Source: an uncultured Candidatus Binatia bacterium
Lineage (GTDB): Bacteria; Desulfobacterota; Binatia; Bin18
Assembly (NCBI GenBank): GCA_965200965.1
Contig: OZ241744.1
Location: 128,001 to 192,000 of the forward strand
Direction of reading: 5' to 3'
DNA: 64,000 nucleotides
Shown here in pieces: positions 18,678 to 28,217 of this stretch. A program made the position numbers and the translations under genes. Below the pieces are notes generated by a model. The model ran no database searches. It saw only the letters and a program-made list of their open reading frames with translations, and had not been told where the DNA came from. The first letter of the stretch is position 1; each line of letters opens with the position of its first letter.

Positions 18678-19178
18678 ATGCCGCTGTACGAATACCACTG
18701 TGTTGCCTGTCAGCTCACCTTTGAGGAGTTGAGCGCAATGGGTGAGTCCAACAAGAAGAAGGCCTGTCCGAGTTGCGGCAAACGCGCCCCCCGGATCGTG
18801 TCAGCCTTTGCCATTAGCTCCGGCACGCTTGATGTCCACGCCGGACAACAGCCCCGGCCCACTCCCCAGAATCAGCACCAGCGGCCCCTATGCATGCGCT
18901 ATCCGCAGGTTCCGCTGTCGTGCCACATGGACGAGTACTCGGTCAAACGCTTTGCCGCTCACAGCGTCGGCCGAGGCAACGAATTTGACGGTGAGGTGGC
19001 CAGAGCGGCTGAGGTGCGCAAACAGCGCGGGCTGCCGGAACGCCAGTACGCGCCGCCCTCGCACGGTCACGACCACGGCCCGAACCACAAGACGACCGAG
19101 GCCGGCCATAATTTCCGTCGTCACGCCCACAGCTACGCCAAGGGCCACTCCTCTGCTGAGGAGGATCACACCCACTAG
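18678..19178 (+). CDS. FmdB-family zinc-ribbon protein with His-rich C-terminus
   Basis: MPLYEYHCVAC...CPSCG..RIVS; GGAG RBS. Confidence 0.85.
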   Translation: MPLYEYHCVACQLTFEELSAMGESNKKKACPSCGKRAPRIVSAFAISSGTLDVHAGQQPRPTPQNQHQRPLCMRYPQVPLSCHMDEYSVKRFAAHSVGRGNEFDGEVARAAEVRKQRGLPERQYAPPSHGHDHGPNHKTTEAGHNFRRHAHSYAKGHSSAEEDHTH

Positions 19179-19255
19179 CCACGCGGTCGGGAACCCCAGA
19201 CCGCGTCTGCCTCTCCCAGAGGGCAAGAGCATTTCCCGACCCGAGGAAAAACCCC

Positions 19256-20194
19256 ATGCAGGTCGCGGTCCTCGGTACCGGTGTGGTTGGCTTGAGTACG
19301 GCCCTTGTGGCCCAACAGCGCGGCTGGAACGTCACCCTGTATACCGACCGCCTGCCGCTGCGGACCACCTCGGTTAAGGCCGCGGCCAGTTTCAAGCCCT
19401 ACGCGGTAGGCTATGATGAGCGGACCCAGCGTCTGCTTGAAGATAGCTGGACTGCATTTGAGAAGGTTCTTGTCCAGGCCGACGCGGCCGCGGGCGTGCG
19501 GAAACACATCCATTGGGAGGCCAGCAGCGTGCCCAGACCCAGGGCCGACTATCTGTCGGTGATGCAGCAGGTGCGTATCCTGGAACGGCCCGAGGTGCCC
19601 GGTGGCTACGCTTTTGGCTGGCACTATCGGACTTTTTTTATTGACATGCCGCTGTACCTGCCGTGGTTGATGGCCCAGTTTGAGAAAAACAACGGCCGCG
19701 TCGTGGTCGTTGAGCGGCAATTTACCGACCTGGAGCAGCTGGCCTGCCTGCCCGCCGATATTGTTTTCAACTGTAGTGGATTGGGATCACGCCAGCTCTG
19801 TCACGACCCGCGGCTGATACCGGTCAAGGGCCAGGTCGCGGTCGTCGCCTCCCAGCCGGACATGGACTGGTCGATCAACGCCGACGGCTTTTCCGTCTAT
19901 CCGCGAAAAACCGAGACGCTGCTAGGTGGAACGACCGAGCATAACGTTGATACCGAAACGGTTGACAGCGGGGCGCTGCACCTGATTATCAGCGGCAACA
20001 AACGCGTTCTGCCCGGTCTGGAGTTGAGCGCTGTCCGCCGTGCCTATGCCGGGCTGCGTCCGTATCGAGAGGGCGGCATTCGGATTGCGGCCGAAGAGCG
20101 AAGCGGTCGGCGTATTATCCACAATTACGGCCACGGCGGGGCAGGGGTGACCCTGTCGTGGGGGAGTGCCCAGGCGGCGCTGGACCGTGTCTGA
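19256..20194 (+). CDS. dao: D-amino-acid oxidase (DAO family FAD oxidoreductase)
   Basis: GTGVVGLSTA, TTSVKAAA, NCSGLGS, PVKGQ, GLRPYR, IHNYGHGGAGVTLSWGSA. Confidence 0.88.
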   Translation: MQVAVLGTGVVGLSTALVAQQRGWNVTLYTDRLPLRTTSVKAAASFKPYAVGYDERTQRLLEDSWTAFEKVLVQADAAAGVRKHIHWEASSVPRPRADYLSVMQQVRILERPEVPGGYAFGWHYRTFFIDMPLYLPWLMAQFEKNNGRVVVVERQFTDLEQLACLPADIVFNCSGLGSRQLCHDPRLIPVKGQVAVVASQPDMDWSINADGFSVYPRKTETLLGGTTEHNVDTETVDSGALHLIISGNKRVLPGLELSAVRRAYAGLRPYREGGIRIAAEERSGRRIIHNYGHGGAGVTLSWGSAQAALDRV

Positions 20195-20195
20195 G

Positions 20196-21608
20196 ATGAC
20201 CATTGAGCAGCTGCGCAGCCGCTATCCACAGTTCAGGTATGAAGCCTGCTCCTACACCCGTCGCGGGAAGTGCTTGCAGCTGCGTTTCCACTTTGTCGTT
20301 GAGCCGGATATTGTCTTTCGACCCCAACTCAGCCTCGAAGCAGTGGACCCCCAACGGCTCGCCAGCCTGGAGCCGCGGGTTCTCGACAACCTCGTCTTTC
20401 ATCTCGGCTTGATTGAGATACTGAGCTACTGGAAAGCTACCTGCTCACCCCACATCCTTGTCCAGGCCGGTTATTTGGACGCCCGGCAGATTGACTGGTG
20501 GAAAGATTTGCTGCTGTACGGCCTGCGGGAGTTCTTTTACCGCAACCGCATCAACTACAAGCAGAAAAATTTTGTGCGGCTGAGCACCGACCGCACGCCG
20601 CCCAGCAGAAAACCGGTCTACACCCAAGTGCTACAGGACGAGCGGGATATGCTGCTGTTGAGCGGCGGCAAAGACTCCGCGCTCAGCGTACAGATGTTGC
20701 GAGACGGCCGGCGGTCGTTCAACGCCCTTCTGCTCAATCCGGCTCCCGCGGCGCGCGCCCTGGCCGCCCGGGCTGGCTGTCCGGCCCCGATTATTGTCAG
20801 CCGGGCGATCGACCCCCGGCTGCTCCAGCTCAACATCGCCGGCTATCTGAACGGCCACACACCGTTTTCGGCCTATCTGGCCATGCTCGGGGTGCTGGCC
20901 GCGGTGGTGGGCAACTACCGCCGGATTGTGGTCTCCAACGAACGCAGCAGTGAGGAGGCGTCGGTCCAGTATCTGGGCAGCGGGGTGAACCATCAATACT
21001 CAAAGACGCTCCGTTTTGAACGCGCCTTTCAGTGGTATAGCCGCAGGTATTTGGCTAGCCGGGCCTATTATTTCAGCCTGCTGCGGCCCTTGTACGAGTT
21101 GCAGATTACGCGCCTGTTTGCCCGCTATCCCGAGTATTTTGGGGTGTTCAAAAGCTGTAACCGCAAGCTCAAAGAGGACGCTTGGTGCGGTGCCTGCGCC
21201 AAGTGCGTGTTCGTTTTCACCGCCTTACACCCGTTTCTCAGAGCGGACGAGCTGCTGGGTATTTTTGGTCGTGACCTGTTTGCCGACGAGGGCTCAATTG
21301 GCCGTATCCGCGAGCTGCTCGGCTTTCAGGAACACAGGCCGTTTGAGTGCGTTGGGACGAGCCGTGAAGTCTTGGCCGCGCTGTATCTCAGTATCAGCCA
21401 GACCAGGCCGACATCCCTGCCTGCGGTGTTACGCTATGTGGCCGCCGAGATCCTTCCCCGGTCTCCCAACCCTGCCCATACGGTCGAGGAGTTGCTGGAT
21501 GGCTGGGGCGAGCGCCACAGCCTGCCCCGGGCGTATGCGGAGTTGCTGCGTCACGGTCTTGACCAGGCCGTCGGTCCAGGTCCCCGGAAAGCGTGGGCCG
21601 GGCGGTGA
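20196..21608 (+). CDS. murL: UDP-MurNAc-L-Ala-L-Glu epimerase (MurL family, PP-loop)
   Basis: SYWKA, LSGGKDS, NGHTPFS, SNERS, VNHQYSK, YFSLLRPL.EL.I, SCN, WCG.C.KC.FVF, PFECVG; adjacent to a MurD paralogue. Confidence 0.85.
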   Translation: MTIEQLRSRYPQFRYEACSYTRRGKCLQLRFHFVVEPDIVFRPQLSLEAVDPQRLASLEPRVLDNLVFHLGLIEILSYWKATCSPHILVQAGYLDARQIDWWKDLLLYGLREFFYRNRINYKQKNFVRLSTDRTPPSRKPVYTQVLQDERDMLLLSGGKDSALSVQMLRDGRRSFNALLLNPAPAARALAARAGCPAPIIVSRAIDPRLLQLNIAGYLNGHTPFSAYLAMLGVLAAVVGNYRRIVVSNERSSEEASVQYLGSGVNHQYSKTLRFERAFQWYSRRYLASRAYYFSLLRPLYELQITRLFARYPEYFGVFKSCNRKLKEDAWCGACAKCVFVFTALHPFLRADELLGIFGRDLFADEGSIGRIRELLGFQEHRPFECVGTSREVLAALYLSISQTRPTSLPAVLRYVAAEILPRSPNPAHTVEELLDGWGERHSLPRAYAELLRHGLDQAVGPGPRKAWAGR

Positions 21609-23041
21609 AGTTTGCGGTGCTCGGGCCGTCGTCGGTCCTCATTCTGGGGCTCGGCCAAGAGGGGCTGTCAACGCTCGGCTTTCTGCGCCGACGCTTCCCC
21701 AACAAACGCTTTGGTCTGGCCGACCGGGCCGAGTTTGACGGGCTGAGCGCCCAGGCCCAGGCCCTGATACGCGCCCAGACCGGGCGGCTGCGGCTCCATC
21801 TGGGGACAGACTATCTGAACAGCTTGGCCAACTATGACGTGGTTATCAAATCACCCGGGATTCCTCCTACCCAGCCCGTTATCCAGCGGGCCGAGGCGCT
21901 GGGCAAGCTGACCTCACACACCGCGTTGTTCTTCGACAACTGCGACGGGACGATTATCGGCATTACCGGCACCAAGGGTAAGAGCACGACCGCGGCGCTG
22001 ACCCACGCCATCTTACGCAGCGGCGGAATAGACGCCCGGCTGGTCGGTAATATCGGGCGGCCGCCGCTGGACATCTTTGCCGACACCGACGCCCGGACCG
22101 TTTTTGTGTATGAGCTGTCCTCCCACCAACTGGAGGGGCTGCGGCACAGTCCGCATATTGCCGCGCTGCTGAATATCATGCCCGATCATCTGGATTACTA
22201 CCCGAGCTTTGAGCACTATGCGCGGGCCAAGCTGAATATGGCCCGCTATCAATCGGCCGGGGATTATCTGATCTATAACGCCGACTTCGCCTGGCTGAGT
22301 CAGGCGGCGGCCGAGTCATGCGCTCAGACCATTCCCTTTTCCTCCCGGCGACGCTTGGAGCGAGGCTGTTTTGTGTCCAATGGGCGGGTCATCTTTCGCT
22401 CGGCAAGCGGCGACGAAGAACCGCTGCTGGCAGTCAAAGACGTTCCGCTGCCGGGTCAGTTTAATCTGCCCAATGTGCTGGCCGCGGTGGCAACGGGTCG
22501 GCTGTTGGGGGTCAGGCCCGACCGCCTGGACGGTGCGGTGCGGAGCTTCCAGGCCCTGGAGCACCGCTTTGAGGCGCTCGGCCCCTACCGTGGTATCACC
22601 TTCTATAATGCCCCGCTGGCGACCGTGCCCGAGGCAACCCTGGCCCACCTTGATACCCTTGGCCCGGATGTGCAGACTGTTCTACTAGGCGGCTATGACC
22701 GACACCTTGACTTCTCCGATCTGGCCGGACGCTTGGTCAGCGGCCGGATCAAGAACCTGCTGCTGTTTCCAAGCAGCGGCCGGCGGCTCTGGCGGGCAGT
22801 CTGTGCCCAAAGAAGCACCCCGGGCCGTGGCCCCCGGGCCTTTTTTGTCAACAGTATGGAACAGGCCGTGCGTCTGGCTTATGCCCAGACCGAGCCGGGT
22901 AAAATTTGCCTGCACTCCCCGGCCTCACCAAGTTTTGGGCTGTTCAAAGACTACACAGAACGCGGCAGGCTGTTCAAAGATTGCGTCCGGCGCGTAGCCG
23001 CGGCTGGACATGGCCTAGAGACATCCCGGCCGATGCGATAA
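21605..23041 (+). CDS. murD: MurD-type ligase, probably MurD2 (adds L-Glu)
   Basis: KSPGI, GITGTKGKSTT, GNIG, ELSSHQL, DHLDY, HRFE, SPASPSFGLFKDY.ERG..F; GTGA overlap with murL. Confidence 0.88.
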   Translation: MKFAVLGPSSVLILGLGQEGLSTLGFLRRRFPNKRFGLADRAEFDGLSAQAQALIRAQTGRLRLHLGTDYLNSLANYDVVIKSPGIPPTQPVIQRAEALGKLTSHTALFFDNCDGTIIGITGTKGKSTTAALTHAILRSGGIDARLVGNIGRPPLDIFADTDARTVFVYELSSHQLEGLRHSPHIAALLNIMPDHLDYYPSFEHYARAKLNMARYQSAGDYLIYNADFAWLSQAAAESCAQTIPFSSRRRLERGCFVSNGRVIFRSASGDEEPLLAVKDVPLPGQFNLPNVLAAVATGRLLGVRPDRLDGAVRSFQALEHRFEALGPYRGITFYNAPLATVPEATLAHLDTLGPDVQTVLLGGYDRHLDFSDLAGRLVSGRIKNLLLFPSSGRRLWRAVCAQRSTPGRGPRAFFVNSMEQAVRLAYAQTEPGKICLHSPASPSFGLFKDYTERGRLFKDCVRRVAAAGHGLETSRPMR

Positions 23042-23072
23042 AGGAAAGGCGCAGACAAGGAGGACACACGGC

Positions 23073-23483
23073 ATGGCAGACACTCCGAACTTTCCCCGTC
23101 CTATTCCCAGCTTTGATGCCCAGGAATACTGGGAGGGCTGCAAGCGCGGCGAACTGTGGATGCAGCGCCACAAAGAGTCCGGGCAGTGGTATCCGCCGAA
23201 CCTGTTTGGGCCGTGTCAGGTTTTAGGCCGGGAGTGGGTCAGGGTCAGCGGCAGGGGCAAGGTCTACTCGTACACGCTTATCACCCATCCGGTTCATCCC
23301 GCGGCCAGAGACCGGGTTCCCTACAATGTGATCCAGGTCCAGCTTGACGAAGATCCCGAACTCATCATGGTCAGCAGTCTGGAGGACATTGAGAACGAAG
23401 ACATCACTATCGGCATGCCGGTTGAGGTCGTGTTCACCGAGCACGAGCCCGATGTGTATCTTCCCAAATTCAGACCCGTGTAG
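23073..23483 (+). CDS. ChsH2/DUF35-type OB-fold protein (zinc-ribbon Cys largely lost)
   Basis: YWEGCKRGEL..Q, VSGRGKVYSYT, IGMPVEVVF, LPKFRP. Confidence 0.88.
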   Translation: MADTPNFPRPIPSFDAQEYWEGCKRGELWMQRHKESGQWYPPNLFGPCQVLGREWVRVSGRGKVYSYTLITHPVHPAARDRVPYNVIQVQLDEDPELIMVSSLEDIENEDITIGMPVEVVFTEHEPDVYLPKFRPV

Positions 23484-23492
23484 GAGATCGGT

Positions 23493-24275
23493 ATGCAACT
23501 CAAGCTAGAGGGGAAAGTCGCTCTTGTGACCGGCGGCAGTAAGGGCATTGGGCGGGCCACGGCACTCAGCTTTCTTGCCGAGGGCGCAGCGGTTCTGGTG
23601 TGCGCCCGGGGTCAAGAAGCCCTGGATGAGACGGTCAAGCTGGCCGGCGAGCAGGGCGCGGGCACGATCCTGGCCGTGCAGGCCGACCTGACGCAGGGCG
23701 CGGAGATCAAGAGGGTGGTGGCCCGCTGCATTGAGCGGTTTGGCCGGGCCGATATCCTGGTCAATAATGCCGGCAGCGCCCGCCCGGGCGATTTTCTGGA
23801 GTTGCCGGACGAAGCCTGGCTCGACGACTGGACGCTCAAGTTCTTCGGCTATATGCGCATGGCCCGGGCGGTCTTTCCCCATATGCAGCGCCAGCAGGCC
23901 GGGGTGATCGTCAATGTCATCGGCACTGGCGCGCTCAAGCCGATGGGCAGCTATATGATCGGCGGGGCGGCCAACGCCGCGCTCAACCATTTTACCAAGG
24001 CACTGGCCGATGAGGGAGCTAAAAACAAGGTTCGGGTGGTCGGGGTGAACCCCGGGCCGATCCTGACCGAGCGCCTCCAGCGTTTCATCTCAACCTTCAG
24101 CCCCAAGAGCAGCAGCCCGGAAGAAGCGCTGCAAAAGATGACTCCTCTGGGCCGTGTCGGCCAGCCCGAAGAAGTCGCCGACCTGATCCTGTTCCTCGCT
24201 TCTGACCGGGCAGCGTTTATTCACGGGGCGAATATCACCATTGACGGCGGGGCTAATCAGGGCTTGATGGGCTAG
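23493..24275 (+). CDS. SDR family oxidoreductase
   Basis: TGGSKGIG, LVNNAG, NPGPI, PLGRVGQPEEVA, IDGG; canonical YxxxK replaced. Confidence 0.92.
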   Translation: MQLKLEGKVALVTGGSKGIGRATALSFLAEGAAVLVCARGQEALDETVKLAGEQGAGTILAVQADLTQGAEIKRVVARCIERFGRADILVNNAGSARPGDFLELPDEAWLDDWTLKFFGYMRMARAVFPHMQRQQAGVIVNVIGTGALKPMGSYMIGGAANAALNHFTKALADEGAKNKVRVVGVNPGPILTERLQRFISTFSPKSSSPEEALQKMTPLGRVGQPEEVADLILFLASDRAAFIHGANITIDGGANQGLMG

Positions 24276-24280
24276 GCAGG

Positions 24281-25132
24281 GTGAAACCGCAGCCCCCCAA
24301 GCCGGGCGCGCTGTATGTGGTGGCCACGCCCATCGGCAACCTCGAAGACATCACCCTGCGCGCCCGGCGGATTCTTGAAGAGGTTGACCTGATTGCCGCG
24401 GAGGACACCCGCCAGACCCGTAAGCTGCTGACCCACTACGACATTGCCACCCCGCTGACCAGCTACTATGACCACATTGAACACACCAAAGCGCCGGCCC
24501 TGATCGCCAAGCTGCTGGCCGGCCAGTCCATCGCTCTGGTCAGCGACGCCGGCACGCCCGGCATTGCCGACCCCGGCTATCGCCTGGTGCGGGCCGCCAG
24601 CCAGACCGCCATCCCTGTGGTTCCAGTCCCCGGCCCGTCTATTCTGACCGCTCTGCTGAGCGTTGGCGGGCTGCCCACCGACCGCTGCGTCTTTGAAGGC
24701 TTCCTGCCGGCCAGACCGGCCCAGCGGCGCACAGCCTTGCGGCGTCTCCAGACCGAAACCCGCACCCTTGTGGCCTTTGAATCCCCCCACCGGCTGACTG
24801 CGACCCTGGCCGACCTGCACGACATTTTCGGCGACCGCGAGGCCGTCATTGGCCGTGAGCTGACCAAGCGCTTTGAAGAAGTGTTGCGCGGCCGGCTGAG
24901 CGTGTTGCACGCGTACCTGCGAGACCGACCTGTCAAGGGCGAGGTGGCGCTGCTCATCGCCGGCTGCTCCGAGCCCCAGACCCCGCCCGACGAGCAGACC
25001 CTCAGCCACGAAATCAACCGGCTGGCCGGCGATGGCCTGCCGCTCAAAGGCATCGCCAAGCTGCTGAGCGAGCAATACGGTCTCTCCAAGCGGGAGGTCT
25101 ACGCCCTGGGCTTGCGGCTGAAAAAAGAGTGA
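24281..25132 (+). CDS. rsmI: 16S rRNA (cytidine1402-2'-O)-methyltransferase
   Basis: LYVVATPIGNLEDIT, AAEDTR, VSDAGTPGIADPG, ESPHR, RELTKRFEE, KGE. Confidence 0.96.
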   Translation: MKPQPPKPGALYVVATPIGNLEDITLRARRILEEVDLIAAEDTRQTRKLLTHYDIATPLTSYYDHIEHTKAPALIAKLLAGQSIALVSDAGTPGIADPGYRLVRAASQTAIPVVPVPGPSILTALLSVGGLPTDRCVFEGFLPARPAQRRTALRRLQTETRTLVAFESPHRLTATLADLHDIFGDREAVIGRELTKRFEEVLRGRLSVLHAYLRDRPVKGEVALLIAGCSEPQTPPDEQTLSHEINRLAGDGLPLKGIAKLLSEQYGLSKREVYALGLRLKKE

Positions 25133-25137
25133 AGGCG

Positions 25138-25465
25138 GCTATTGTGAGCCTTCGGGCTTGTCAAGCTCGGCAAGGAGATGTTCCGCCTTGGCTATCGTGT
25201 CCTTCTCACCGGCCCTCGGGCCAAGGCAAGCGCCGTATGCAAATCCTGCCGAGCCTCGTTCACCCGATGCAATCAAGGGTTCGCATAGCCCCGGTTGTTG
25301 CAGGCTGCGGCGTAGTCCGGTTTGAGGCGGATTGCCTGGTTGTCAGCAAAAAGCGCTTCTTCAATCCTGTTGGTCTCCGGCCCCTTCTTTCCCTCCTGCC
25401 TGTCAGAGGTATCCAGCGGAAAACCAGGTGAGGACGGCAAGTTCGTTGTCGTTTCCTATATCCAT
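25138..25465 (-). pseudogene. Degraded TPR-protein remnant
   Basis: Manual translation across shifts and stops gives EEALFADNQAIRLKPDYAAACNNRGYAN*LHRVNEARQDLHTALALAR/AGEKDTIAKAEHLLAELD. Confidence 0.7.
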
Positions 25466-25662
25466 ATGTCCGCGGCAACCGGGCTGGGAGGTGTGTCTGT
25501 CATCAGCCGATTGTGGGGCGTCAGGCTGGGCGGTTCAAGGTCGGGCGTGTTTGACCCTGCGCCTGAAATCCACTATACCCGTACGGGACGCTGACGCGCG
25601 GCCCGGCGCGTGTTACCATTGTTCCGATTCAGAGGCTGCGCATAAAGGTGGGTTGAGCCCGG

Positions 25663-26889
25663 ATGGAATTTCCCCGCATTACACGACTGCCGCCGTACCT
25701 GTTCGCCACCCTCGACAAGATGAAAATGGAGGCGCGCTGGGCCGGCGAGGATATTATTGATTTCGGCATGGGCAATCCCGACCAGGCCTCCCCCCAGCAT
25801 GTGGTTGATAAACTGGTTGAGGCGGCCAAGAAACCCCAGAACCACCGCTACTCCAACTCGCGCGGCATCTATAAGCTGCGCTTGGCGATCTGTGACTGGT
25901 ACAAGCGCCGCTTCGGCTTTGAGTTGGACCCGGAGTCCGAGGCGGTGGTGACGATTGGCTCTAAAGAGGGGCTGTCGCACTTGGCGCTGACCGTCCTGGG
26001 GCCGGGAGAGGTCGCGATCTGTCCCAGTCCGACCTATCCCATCCACCAGTATTCGATTGTCATGGCCAACGCTGACCTGCGGGTCGTGCCGCTGATTCCC
26101 GGTGAAGACTTCTTTGTCGTGCTGGAGGAAACTGTGCGCCAGTGCTGGCCGCGCCCCAAGATGCTGTTGATCAACTTCCCCCATAATCCGACCACCACGG
26201 TGGTTGAGTTGGAGTTCTTTGAACGGATTGTAGACTTTGCCCGGGACAACAAGCTGTTTGTGGTTCACGATTTTGCCTATGCCGACCTGTTTTTTGACGG
26301 CTACAGCCCGCCGAGTTTTTTACAGGTGCCGGGCGCAATAGATATCGGGGTTGAGTTCTTTACTCTGTCCAAGTCCTACAATATGCCGGGCTGGCGGGTC
26401 GGCTTTGCCTGCGGCAATCCCGAGGCCCTGACCGCGCTCAGCCGCCTCAAGAGCTATTTCGACTACGGAATTTTCCAACCCATCCAGATCGCGGCTATTC
26501 ACGCCCTGAACGGTCCCCAGGGCTGTGTGGAGGAGATCCGCCAGCGCTATCTGCTGCGCCGCGATGTCCTGCTCGACGGCCTGGAACGGGTCGGTTGGCA
26601 TATCCCCAGACCCAAAGGCACGATGTTCGTCTGGGCCCCGCTCCCCGAGCCGTTGCGCGACATGGGCTCTCTGGACTTTGCCAAATTTTTACTAACCGAG
26701 GCCAAGGTGTCGGTCTCGCCGGGTATTGGTTTTGGGCCGTATGGGGATGACTTTGTCCGCTTTGCCCTGATTGAGAATGAGCATCGGACCCGCCAAGCCA
26801 TCCGGGGTATCCGCCGGGCCTTTGGCGGGGCGGACAGCCTTGGCGTCAGCGACGCGAGCCTGGAGGCAGTGTGGCAGCGGATGAGTTGA
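25663..26889 (+). CDS. alaC: Class I aminotransferase, AlaC family
   Basis: [56 protein letters not shown]; sits upstream of hom. Confidence 0.88.
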   Translation: MEFPRITRLPPYLFATLDKMKMEARWAGEDIIDFGMGNPDQASPQHVVDKLVEAAKKPQNHRYSNSRGIYKLRLAICDWYKRRFGFELDPESEAVVTIGSKEGLSHLALTVLGPGEVAICPSPTYPIHQYSIVMANADLRVVPLIPGEDFFVVLEETVRQCWPRPKMLLINFPHNPTTTVVELEFFERIVDFARDNKLFVVHDFAYADLFFDGYSPPSFLQVPGAIDIGVEFFTLSKSYNMPGWRVGFACGNPEALTALSRLKSYFDYGIFQPIQIAAIHALNGPQGCVEEIRQRYLLRRDVLLDGLERVGWHIPRPKGTMFVWAPLPEPLRDMGSLDFAKFLLTEAKVSVSPGIGFGPYGDDFVRFALIENEHRTRQAIRGIRRAFGGADSLGVSDASLEAVWQRMS

Positions 26890-28190
26890 GGCTGGGTCTC
26901 ATTGGCCTGGGCACGGTGGGCCGCGGCCTTGTACAACTGCTGGAGCAGAACGCCAAGGCGCTGGCCCGCAAACGGAACTGCCGGCTGCGGCTCGTTCATG
27001 TGGCCAGCCGCAGCATTCATACCAAACCCCATCCCGACCTGGGGAACGCCCGCCTGTCAACAGACCCCTGGGCGGTGGTCCACGATCCCGAAGTTGAGTT
27101 GTTGGTCGAGTTGATCGGCGGCACTGAGCCGGCCCGGTCCTTGCTCTTGGCCGCCATTGAGGGTGGCAAGGCGGTGGTGACCGCCAATAAGGCCTTGCTT
27201 GCGCTGCACGGTAACGAGATTTTTTCCGCGGCCGAAGAGCGGGGGGTGCCGCTCGGCTTTGAGGCCAGTGTGGCCGGCGGGATTCCTATTCTGCGCACCC
27301 TGCGCGAGAGTCTGGCGGCCGACCGCAACCACGCCCTGTTCGGGATTGTGAACGGGACCTGCAATTATATTCTGACTATGATGCGGGAGCAGGATGCCGA
27401 GTTTGAGACGGCTCTGCGCAGCGCCCAGGACAACGGTCTCGCCGAGGCCGACCCCAGCTTTGATATTGACGGCATTGATGCGGCCCAGAAGCTGACCCTG
27501 CTGGCCATGCTGGCTTTTGGCGTGCGGGTCCCCTTTGACGCGGTGTACACCGAGGGTATCCGCCAACTGAGCCAGACCGATATCCTGTTTGCCCGAGAGT
27601 TCGGCTATGAACTCAAGCTGTTGGCCATAGCCAAGCAGGAGGACGGGACGGTTGAGCTACGCGTCCATCCGACGATGGTACCCCAGCACAGTCTGCTGGC
27701 TGGGGTGGGCGGTGCCTATAACGCGATTTTCGTGCAGGGCCAAGCGCTCGGGTCGTCGCTGTATTTTGGCAGCGGAGCGGGCGGCCTGCCGACCGCGGCC
27801 GCGCTGGTGTCGGATATTCTGGACGCGACCCGGACCGCCGGCTTGGCCTCGGCCCGCCAACTTCCCGGCCTGGGCTATGCCTGGAAAGAGTTACGCAGCG
27901 TACCGATCCGCCCTATGGACGAGGTGGTGAGCGAGTATTATGTGCGTTTTCAGGTTGCCGACCAACCCGGGGTCTTAGCCGCCATTGCCGGCATTTTGGC
28001 TGAGCAGTCGATCAGTATCGCTTCCGTCATTCAGCGTGGGCGCGGCAATGGGGATGCGTCTGTCCCCCTGGTCATCCGCACCCATGCCGCGGGTGAGCGC
28101 AATCTCAAAGCCGCTCTGCGACAGGTGAATCAGCTCCCGGTTGTCCAGGGCCAGGCCGTGTGTGTCCGCATTGAAGAGAATCTAGGCTAG
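26871..28190 (+). CDS. hom: Homoserine dehydrogenase with ACT domain
   Basis: [43 protein letters not shown]. Confidence 0.96.
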   Translation: MAADELRLGLIGLGTVGRGLVQLLEQNAKALARKRNCRLRLVHVASRSIHTKPHPDLGNARLSTDPWAVVHDPEVELLVELIGGTEPARSLLLAAIEGGKAVVTANKALLALHGNEIFSAAEERGVPLGFEASVAGGIPILRTLRESLAADRNHALFGIVNGTCNYILTMMREQDAEFETALRSAQDNGLAEADPSFDIDGIDAAQKLTLLAMLAFGVRVPFDAVYTEGIRQLSQTDILFAREFGYELKLLAIAKQEDGTVELRVHPTMVPQHSLLAGVGGAYNAIFVQGQALGSSLYFGSGAGGLPTAAALVSDILDATRTAGLASARQLPGLGYAWKELRSVPIRPMDEVVSEYYVRFQVADQPGVLAAIAGILAEQSISIASVIQRGRGNGDASVPLVIRTHAAGERNLKAALRQVNQLPVVQGQAVCVRIEENLG

Positions 28191-28217
28191 AGCCTTGGAG
28201 ATAAGGAAGGACGTGTT

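Noticed and set aside
25138-25465. Selenocysteine readthrough of TGA codons in the TPR remnant
   Set aside because: The stops are not at Cys positions and come with frameshifts, indicating decay.
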